Origin: an uncultured Gammaproteobacteria bacterium
GTDB taxonomy: Bacteria; Patescibacteriota; Patescibacteriia; VMEV01; CAYQCH01
Length of the DNA: 64,000 bases
NCBI GenBank assembly: GCA_964352335.1
Contig: CAYGRO010000001.1
Location: forward strand, 31,830-95,829
Reading direction: 5' to 3'
The notes below the pieces were generated by a model that was given only the letters and a program-made list of their open reading frames with translations, made no database searches and was not told the origin of the DNA. Positions 57,418-64,000 of this stretch are shown here, in pieces. Every line of letters starts with the position of its first letter. Position 1 is the stretch's first letter. Both the position numbers and the translations under genes were made by a program.

Positions 57418-59019
57418 ATGAAAAAAGTCATTTTACTCGTCGGTGTGCTTATTGTATTGATTGGGGGCTTTGTCTTTGTAAAACCATTTATACAACCAGA
57501 AGAACAAGTTGCAGAACTCTCAATGGAAGCACTCAGCAATGTCACAACTGAAACAAATTTTATCCCAACTTTTACCGAAGCCTCAATTGATGCCCCACAT
57601 ACATACAATGATACAACCTATGCTTTTAGAGGTTCGTCATTAATTGATATCAATAATGACGGAACTGAAGAACTCTGGTTAGCTGGTGGGAAAAACGAAC
57701 CAGATTCTTTATTTGAATATACGGCATCAGGATTTCGTAATATTGCTGAAACAACAGGACTTGCAACAAATACCTCTACTGCAGGTGGGGCCATTTCGAT
57801 AGATATAGACAAAGATAATGATACTGATTTAATTATTGCAAGAGAAGATGGAATTTATTTAGCTATCAACTCAAATGGAAAATTTACCTATCAAAAAACG
57901 GATCTAGCTTTTGAGCAAGATGCAGTACCAATGTCGATTACAGCTGGTGATATTAATAAAGATGGATTTGTAGACTTGTATATTAGTACCTTTAAGTCGG
58001 CAAAGAAATTAAAACTGGCTACATTTAACAATCCGTCAAACCGAACCGCCAATGTTTTTGCATTAAATAATGGAGACAATACATTCACAGATGCAACGGA
58101 TGCATATGGCCTCACATTTAGCCAAAATACATTCCAAGCAAGTTTTGTAGACCTAAATAATGATACTTGGCAAGACCTTGTCCTTTCTACCAATACCGAT
58201 AAAGTTATCATCTATAAAAATAATACAGATGGGACGTTTACAGCATTAGAACCAGTAACCGATCTTGGTTTTTGGATGGGAATGGCGATCGCTGATTATG
58301 ATAATGACGGCGATCAAGATCTCTTTTTCTCAAATGTCGGAAATACAATCCCAGCAAAAAGTGCTCGTGGTGACTTACGATCAGATCAAGTACTTGATCT
58401 TGAATGGAGATTATTAGAAAACAAAGGAGATTTTGTTTTCTCTCTCGCACCAGCAGAAACAGGTCTCAATGGATTTGAATTTGCATGGGGAGCAACATTT
58501 ACTGATTTAAATTTAGACGGATTGCAAGACCTACTTGTTTCAGAAAGTTATGTTAAATGGCCTGCACATAAAATTAAACGACTTGATAGCAGATTATTAA
58601 TGCAAACTGATGAAAACGCCTTTATTGCTGCAACGGAAGCGGCCAATGCTGAAAACCCTTATTATGGAACAACTCCATTAACCTCTGACTTTAATCATGA
58701 TGGATACCCCGATATTATTTGGGCAAATTTAAATGAACCTACACGAGTTTTACTCAATGATGGTGGTAAAAACACTGCCCTTGTGGTGCAATTACCTGAC
58801 ACTGTCGAATACCTTGGTTCTAGAATTGATATTACCTATACAAATGGGAATAAATCATCACATCAAAAAATTGTAGGACAAGGTCTTATGAGCGATACAA
58901 GTTCTGAACTTTTGATCGGATTAGGACAAAATGTAATCGAACAAATCACTCTTACAAAAAGTGATGAAACAACAAGCGACCTTAAAGACCTGATCAAAGA
59001 TAATCGTATTTCTTTATGA
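57418..59019 (+). CDS. FG-GAP/VCBS-repeat protein with a C-terminal ASPIC/UnbV domain (CRTAC1-like), secreted
   Basis: Repeated DxDxDG-type motifs (INNDGTEE, DIDKDNDTD, DINKDGFVD, DYDNDGDQD, DFNHDGYPD) and a C-terminal …LGSRIDITYTNGNK…. Confidence 0.65.
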   Translation: MKKVILLVGVLIVLIGGFVFVKPFIQPEEQVAELSMEALSNVTTETNFIPTFTEASIDAPHTYNDTTYAFRGSSLIDINNDGTEELWLAGGKNEPDSLFEYTASGFRNIAETTGLATNTSTAGGAISIDIDKDNDTDLIIAREDGIYLAINSNGKFTYQKTDLAFEQDAVPMSITAGDINKDGFVDLYISTFKSAKKLKLATFNNPSNRTANVFALNNGDNTFTDATDAYGLTFSQNTFQASFVDLNNDTWQDLVLSTNTDKVIIYKNNTDGTFTALEPVTDLGFWMGMAIADYDNDGDQDLFFSNVGNTIPAKSARGDLRSDQVLDLEWRLLENKGDFVFSLAPAETGLNGFEFAWGATFTDLNLDGLQDLLVSESYVKWPAHKIKRLDSRLLMQTDENAFIAATEAANAENPYYGTTPLTSDFNHDGYPDIIWANLNEPTRVLLNDGGKNTALVVQLPDTVEYLGSRIDITYTNGNKSSHQKIVGQGLMSDTSSELLIGLGQNVIEQITLTKSDETTSDLKDLIKDNRISL

Positions 59020-59573
59020 GAAAATACTTACTAGCCACTTACTTATTACTGAGCTTGCTGATTTTTCCTCTTCAAACCCAAGCGCAAGAAGTAAATAGCG
59101 CCGTACAAGCAGAACTAGCGCAAATTCTTAGAGTAATCGTGCAGGCCATTAATAATGGATCAACTCAAACCATTCTTGACGGGATCTCCTCTGACGCAAG
59201 ACCTGAGTTAAAAAAAGAAATTGACCAAGCATTGAATAACCAACCAATTGCATATACATTGGACACCAAAACCATTACAGAAAATGACAATAAAACCTAT
59301 ACAATAAAAGGGACATTTGATGCCAAAAGCACTTCAGATGATGGAGTCAATTGGGAATTATCTGGTCTTCCTACAAGCTTTACTTTCGAAAGCAAAGATG
59401 GTGGCTGGTGGCTATTAGATACAAATTTTCATGAGCGGCTAGGAAGTGAATTCACCTTTAAAATTGTTGGACTCGTATTCAGTTTAACATCCAGCATAAT
59501 CCTATTCGGCGCCCTCTTTGTTTACTGGAAGAAGAGAATGCAAAAGAACGATAATCTGAATCAATCCATTTAA
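59016..59573 (+). CDS. Secreted protein with a C-terminal transmembrane anchor, hypothetical
   Basis: Signal peptide and a C-terminal transmembrane helix. Confidence 0.45.
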   Translation: MRKYLLATYLLLSLLIFPLQTQAQEVNSAVQAELAQILRVIVQAINNGSTQTILDGISSDARPELKKEIDQALNNQPIAYTLDTKTITENDNKTYTIKGTFDAKSTSDDGVNWELSGLPTSFTFESKDGGWWLLDTNFHERLGSEFTFKIVGLVFSLTSSIILFGALFVYWKKRMQKNDNLNQSI

Positions 59574-59584
59574 TGTAAGCTTGT

Positions 59585-60313
59585 ATGAAACTAAAACTAT
59601 TTTTTCTACTTATTGGTATTATTGGATGCATTATTCTTTTTCAAATTGCATGGCTTTTCTATTATATCCAAATTGGAAAACAAGTCGTTAAGCGATCTGA
59701 AAAATTTGAGAAAAAAATAGAAAACCCTGAAATGCGTATTCTTATTATTGGAGATAGTACTGCCTATGGAATAGGAGCCTCATCACCAATAAACAGTTTA
59801 GCTGGTTTGTATAGCCAACGATTCCCAGAAGCAGAAATTGTGAATATGGGACTAAATGGAAAAAAAACAATCGATCTACTAAACGATTTACAATCAATCC
59901 AGGATCAAAGATTTGATTTGATGCAAATTGATATTGGTGGAAATGACATTATTCGGTTTAGGCCCTATGAAGAAACGGAAAAAAACATTAGCCAAGCACT
60001 CACAATCGCTTCTACAATGGCAGATGACATCATTTTCGTAAGCACAGGCAATTTAGGGACAGTCAAGCTATTTCCTCCCGGAACTCGTTATTTACTAGAA
60101 ACAAGAACTCGAAAATTACGAGAAATATTTATTGCCGAAAGCAATAAATTCTCGAATATCAACTATGTCGATCTCTTTCGAGAGGCAGGAGAAGATCCTT
60201 TCTCAAAAGACCCAGAAAAATATTATGCAGAAGATTTTTTACATCCAAGTGATGCTGGATATGCAGATTGGTTTGAACTTATCACTATTGAGCTAGAAAA
60301 AATTGGAAGATAA
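59585..60313 (+). CDS. SGNH/GDSL-family hydrolase
   Basis: GDS motif (LIIGDSTAYG) and a C-terminal DxxH-like motif (HPSDAGY). Confidence 0.65.
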   Translation: MKLKLFFLLIGIIGCIILFQIAWLFYYIQIGKQVVKRSEKFEKKIENPEMRILIIGDSTAYGIGASSPINSLAGLYSQRFPEAEIVNMGLNGKKTIDLLNDLQSIQDQRFDLMQIDIGGNDIIRFRPYEETEKNISQALTIASTMADDIIFVSTGNLGTVKLFPPGTRYLLETRTRKLREIFIAESNKFSNINYVDLFREAGEDPFSKDPEKYYAEDFLHPSDAGYADWFELITIELEKIGR

Positions 60314-60314
60314 C

Positions 60315-60345
60315 AAAAAAGTCTCGCATATGCGAGACTTTTTCT
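60315..60345 (+). terminator. Terminator AAAAAGTCTCGCATATGCGAGACTTTTTC
   Basis: Perfect hairpin followed by a T-run. Confidence 0.75.
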
Positions 60346-60357
60346 ATTGAACTTTTA

Positions 60358-60810
60358 TTAAATCTTCCATCCCCAGCATGGTTTTGATTCTGTCCATGGT
60401 AGCCAGCCATAATGCTCAAAGAGATAAATCCCCATATCAATATTTACAAAAGGGTCTGTTTTGGACTTCCCTTGTAAATAATAGGGTGTCCCCTGTTCTG
60501 TTCTATCAAGGATTTGAAAATAACCATAGGCTGACGACTTTGGATTTTTTACCATTTTCCAATGACTTTCACAAGAAACAATTCTATTCAGTAATTCTGC
60601 ATCTAACCCCTTTTTATGAGCTTGTTCATACAAATGCTGTCTTGGAGTAATCACTTGTGCTGCTTGTGAAATAAAATGGCGCTCCAAATCGTAGTAATAC
60701 AATAGGCCCAAAGCAATGCCTATTAATGAACCTGTTACAATCACAGATAGATGGAAAATAAAATGATGATGTCTTTTCATAGATTTATCATAGCATGATC
60801 TTTTATCCAC
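60358..60810 (-). CDS. Lysozyme-like (transglycosylase/Rpf superfamily) membrane-anchored protein
   Basis: …SCESHW… catalytic Glu and …AYGYFQI… motif. Confidence 0.45.
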   Translation of the reverse strand: MDKRSCYDKSMKRHHHFIFHLSVIVTGSLIGIALGLLYYYDLERHFISQAAQVITPRQHLYEQAHKKGLDAELLNRIVSCESHWKMVKNPKSSAYGYFQILDRTEQGTPYYLQGKSKTDPFVNIDMGIYLFEHYGWLPWTESKPCWGWKI

Positions 60811-60880
60811 CTCTATCAGACTTGCTGTTTTTTTTCATTTCATTTATTATTTTGATTACATTAATTATTATCACGATACT

Positions 60881-61585
60881 ATGACAACATCAAAGGTATT
60901 ATTGGGGTCAACAGCAATTGTAGCCCTCGCATTATTAGGTAGCTCTTGTAAAACAACTCAAGAAACAACTGTTTCATCAACAGACTCTAACCAAGTCGCG
61001 GATACAATGATGGAAAAAAATTCAGACTCAATGGAAACAAATGATTCTACTTCAATGGTAGAAGGAGCAACAACATATACAGTAAGCTCCGAAGAAAGTA
61101 ATCTTCATTGGTTAGCTAAAAAAGTAACAGGGCAACATCAAGGTGATATTACAATTTCAAACGGTACAGCCCAAGTTAAAGAAGGAGAAATTATTGGTGG
61201 TGAATTCACAATCGATATGAATTCAATGACACTAACAAATGAAGAACCAAATGAAGGATTAATGAACCACCTTCGAAGCGATGACTTTTTCTCTGTAGAA
61301 AATCACCCAACATCTACATTTGTGATTACATCTGTAAAAAACCTTGATGGGAATAATTACGAAATCAGTGGAAATTTAACTATCAAAGGAATCACAAACC
61401 CATTAACTTTTCCAGCAGAAATCGACTTAACTGATAACCAAGTAACAGCAAAAGGAGTTATTACAGTTGATAGAACTCTTTATGATATGAGATTTCTTTC
61501 TGTCAAATTCTTCGATAATATTGCAGAAAAAGCTGTAGACGACACATTTACACTCGACCTAGACTTAGTTGCAAATGCAAGCTAA
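60881..61585 (+). CDS. YceI-family lipoprotein
   Basis: LLGSSC lipobox and a YceI-like beta-barrel pattern. Confidence 0.7.
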   Translation: MTTSKVLLGSTAIVALALLGSSCKTTQETTVSSTDSNQVADTMMEKNSDSMETNDSTSMVEGATTYTVSSEESNLHWLAKKVTGQHQGDITISNGTAQVKEGEIIGGEFTIDMNSMTLTNEEPNEGLMNHLRSDDFFSVENHPTSTFVITSVKNLDGNNYEISGNLTIKGITNPLTFPAEIDLTDNQVTAKGVITVDRTLYDMRFLSVKFFDNIAEKAVDDTFTLDLDLVANAS

Positions 61586-61595
61586 ACTTTTTAAA

Positions 61596-61630
61596 CAAAA
61601 AGACCTTCGCATAATGAAGGTCTTTTGTTT
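61596..61630 (+). terminator. Terminator AAAGACCTTCGCATAATGAAGGTCTTTTGTTTT
   Basis: A 10-bp stem followed by a T-run. Confidence 0.7.
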
Positions 61631-61643
61631 TAGAAACTATTTT

Positions 61644-62018
61644 ATGCTTCCTCTACAATCAAATAAATCCGATTTAGAAAAAATCGCCCAACAAAAAGGA
61701 TATCATCTACATAAGCGTCATATTTTTTTATGCACGGCTCAAGGACCATGTACAAATGGTGAAGATGCGAGTGAGCTTTGGGATTACCTCAAATTCAAAC
61801 TAAGAGAAATAGAACCAGATCCATCACTTGCTACTATTGCCCGAACGAAATCTGGTTGTTTACGTATTTGTGATCAAGGGCCAATTGCCCTTGTCTACCC
61901 AGAAGGAACGCTTTATGCAAATTTGGATAAAGAAAAACTCGATAAAATTATTACCGAGCATCTTGTAAATGGAAAAGTCGTTTCTGAGTACGCTATTCTT
62001 TCGCAACCTTTAACATAG
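61644..62018 (+). CDS. Thioredoxin-like [2Fe-2S] ferredoxin family protein
   Basis: Cys ligand spacing C…C (CTAQGPC) and C…C (CLRIC), typical of NuoE-like ferredoxins. The start was placed after the upstream terminator. Confidence 0.55.
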   Translation: MLPLQSNKSDLEKIAQQKGYHLHKRHIFLCTAQGPCTNGEDASELWDYLKFKLREIEPDPSLATIARTKSGCLRICDQGPIALVYPEGTLYANLDKEKLDKIITEHLVNGKVVSEYAILSQPLT

Positions 62019-62604
62019 CGTTCTTTTCTTTACGCAAAATGAAGACACCAACAATGGTTGCTCCAATCAAATTGAAAACAAGATCTAAACCAGTATTTAC
62101 ATATCCCCCAACCCCTGTTTCTGGCATGATTACAGTAGCAAAAAACTCGATTACTTCATTTAATGCCCCTAAACCAGTTCCCGCCATTACGATAACAATA
62201 CCTAGTCGAACCCATTTCCCATGGGTTTCTTTTAATAGTGGTTTCAGCAATTCATAGACAACCAATGTTGATAAACCAAAACCATAGGCATGAATAAGTT
62301 GATCATACTTTAGTATTTGATAACTCTCAGAAATGGGTAAAAGTATTTGTGCATAGAGAACATGATCACCAATCATCATTCCACCACCAGACATATGTAA
62401 AATACCCCAAATGGTTAACCCCCAAAGAACAGAAAGTGAAAACCCAATCTTTTTATTGGTAAATAAGATAAGGAATAAGAAAAAAACAATGACAGCAATA
62501 TAGAGAATAAATTCATAATTTTCTCTAGCAAAAAAGAGTGTCGAAAACCCGAGTAAAGCGAGAATATTAACCGCTAAAATTGGATACAGCTTTTTAGAAA
62601 GCAT
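61993..62604 (-). CDS. DUF2238/YjdF-like membrane protein (paralog of 55549-56175)
   Basis: Shares conserved C-terminal blocks with the protein encoded at 55549-56175. Confidence 0.45.
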   Translation of the reverse strand: MLSKKLYPILAVNILALLGFSTLFFARENYEFILYIAVIVFFLFLILFTNKKIGFSLSVLWGLTIWGILHMSGGGMMIGDHVLYAQILLPISESYQILKYDQLIHAYGFGLSTLVVYELLKPLLKETHGKWVRLGIVIVMAGTGLGALNEVIEFFATVIMPETGVGGYVNTGLDLVFNLIGATIVGVFILRKEKNAMLKVAKE

Positions 62605-62607
62605 AAA

Positions 62608-63411
62608 TTATGCTGATAATTTTTTTAAACCAGTTGCAAGAAAAAAGATCCCAGCTAATAAAAGAACTATGCTCGCCCCTGCTGGTAAGTTAAATTGATA
62701 GGAAAGAAGAAGCCCTAAGACAGTAAAAATGATTGCAAGGAAGGCAGAAACCACCATAATTGGTTTCATTTGCGATAAAAATTGTTTAGCAATTACGGCT
62801 GGAATGGTTAATAAAGCGATTACCAAAATAACCCCGACAACACGAATGAGAACAATCACACTTAAAGCGACCAGACAATATAAGAGTAATTCAAGCCACT
62901 TAACTGGTACTCCTTGTAACTCAGCAAACTCTGGGTCAAAGGAAATTGCTTGAAACTCTTTAAAGAACAGTAAAGAAAGAACAAGAATAAAAATATCAAG
63001 CCCAAACATAAACCAAAGATCAGAAGCAGGAACAGTAAGGATAGACCCGAATAAATAACTAAATAAGTCTGGAGCAGTGCCAGGCGCTAAGGCGATAAAA
63101 AAGACTCCTAAAGCCATCCCAACGGTCCAGAGCATCCCAATGGCAGAATCTTCGCTAATGTCTTGCTTTCTGCTTAAAAGGCTAATCATAATAGCCGAGA
63201 GCAAAGCAAAAGGAACGGCCGTCCAAATTGGATTAATCCCTAATAAAAAACCAAGCCCAATACCACCAAATGCCGCATGAGTAATTCCACCACTGATAAA
63301 GACGATGCGCTTTAGAACAACGAATGTCCCCACAATACCACAAGCCAAACCGACAAAAACGGCGGCCATAAGGGCATTTCGCATAAATTCAAATTGCAAT
63401 AATTCAAACAT
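62608..63411 (-). CDS. Metal (Zn/Mn) ABC transporter permease (ABC-3 family)
   Basis: ZnuB/MntB-like polytopic membrane protein. Confidence 0.75.
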   Translation of the reverse strand: MFELLQFEFMRNALMAAVFVGLACGIVGTFVVLKRIVFISGGITHAAFGGIGLGFLLGINPIWTAVPFALLSAIMISLLSRKQDISEDSAIGMLWTVGMALGVFFIALAPGTAPDLFSYLFGSILTVPASDLWFMFGLDIFILVLSLLFFKEFQAISFDPEFAELQGVPVKWLELLLYCLVALSVIVLIRVVGVILVIALLTIPAVIAKQFLSQMKPIMVVSAFLAIIFTVLGLLLSYQFNLPAGASIVLLLAGIFFLATGLKKLSA

Positions 63412-63412
63412 A

Positions 63413-64000
63413 TTAGTGGCAAATATTTTTTAAGGTAAATGTATCAGGGAAACCATAAGCTTTTCCAATATGCTTTACCGCTTCCGGCACGGATTGATGT
63501 AAGTGCACATCTCGATTAACAAAGAGCACTTTACTAATATGATCACAAATAATTTCGATATGATGACTAATAATAAGAATAGTCATCTTTTTATTTAATT
63601 CACGCAATAATAAATGTAATTCTTCTTGCCATTTTGCATCAATCCCAGAAGCAGGTTCATCTAAAATAAGAAGCTTAGGATCTGTTACTAATGCTCTCGC
63701 AATCAATACTCGTTGACGTTGCCCGCCAGAAAGCTCACTAATTTGACGGTTAATCAATTCGTCCATCCCTACTTTTTTGAGCGACTCAAGACAAAGTTGT
63801 TTATCTTTTTCAGTATAGCGCTTAAACAGACCTCGATGCCCTAGTCTTCCCATTAGTACAACATCTAAGACACGCATAGGAAAATCAAAATCAAAGTGAA
63901 AATGTTGAGGCACATACCCTATTTTCTCTTCAGCTTTATCTGGCGCCTCTCCAAAAACAGAAATTGACCCTTCATCTGGCTCAAGGAGACCAAGCATTAA
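63413..64000 (-). CDS. Metal ABC transporter ATP-binding protein (ZnuC/MntC-like), N-terminus beyond the window
   Basis: LSGGQRQR signature, Walker B (LLILDEP) and H-loop. Truncated at the window edge. Confidence 0.75.
   Translation of the reverse strand, partial: LMLGLLEPDEGSISVFGEAPDKAEEKIGYVPQHFHFDFDFPMRVLDVVLMGRLGHRGLFKRYTEKDKQLCLESLKKVGMDELINRQISELSGGQRQRVLIARALVTDPKLLILDEPASGIDAKWQEELHLLLRELNKKMTILIISHHIEIICDHISKVLFVNRDVHLHQSVPEAVKHIGKAYGFPDTFTLKNICH

Noticed and set aside
1-64000. CRISPR arrays, rRNA genes, integrases/transposases, prophage structural gene clusters
   Set aside because: No regularly spaced direct repeats with unique spacers were found. There is no 16S/23S/5S-like conserved sequence. 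There are no recognisable tyrosine/serine recombinase or DDE transposase motifs. Apart from single anomalous genes, no phage module was seen.

Overview
This 64 kb window is AT-rich bacterial chromosomal DNA, roughly 35–38% GC by eye. It is densely coding, with short intergenic spacers and many hairpin-plus-T-run terminators. The standard genetic code fits, because a TGA-free 1754-aa ORF argues against a TGA-recoding code. The mix of many DUF-type small proteins, compact genes and a group I intron inside a tRNA suggests an uncultivated small-genome bacterium such as a Patescibacteria-like lineage; that is an inference. Recognisable housekeeping genes are csp, an ABC-F ATPase, topA, dprA, rel, parA/parB, hup, idi, an AspC-family aminotransferase, tspO, and a ccdA/thioredoxin/ArsR operon. 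Seven tRNAs are present: Asn(GUU) split by an intron, Leu(CAA), fMet, Met(CAU), Ala(UGC), Cys(GCA) and Gly(UCC). The unusual content is as follows. (1) tRNA-Asn is split by a ~613-nt IC3-like group I intron carrying an HNH endonuclease ORF, and an inverted 3' fragment of the same tRNA lies 160 bp upstream. (2) tRNA-Ala is followed by two tandem pseudo-tRNA-plus-terminator repeat units bracketing a small GIY-YIG nuclease gene. (3) A ~138-nt conserved element occurs twice, with compensatory base changes that preserve a helix, making it a candidate structured ncRNA. (4) A modular family of GC-rich palindromic intergenic repeats is present (CCTGCCTGCC-GGCAGGCAGG, CCCTCYC..GGGAGGG, GTGCC..GGCAC). 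(5) Several CDS-sized patches are strikingly GC-rich (46–60% GC): a zinc-ribbon Hanks kinase, a lipoprotein, an HExxH protein, and a 327-aa ~60% GC protein with a 530-nt leader lying downstream of tRNA-Cys. (6) An ECF sigma factor is immediately followed by a 1754-aa membrane-anchored extracellular giant protein. (7) Met-rich (DDSMM-type) secreted proteins are present, including a thioredoxin fused to a Met-rich segment in an ArsR-controlled operon. No rRNA, CRISPR array, integrase or transposase was detected.
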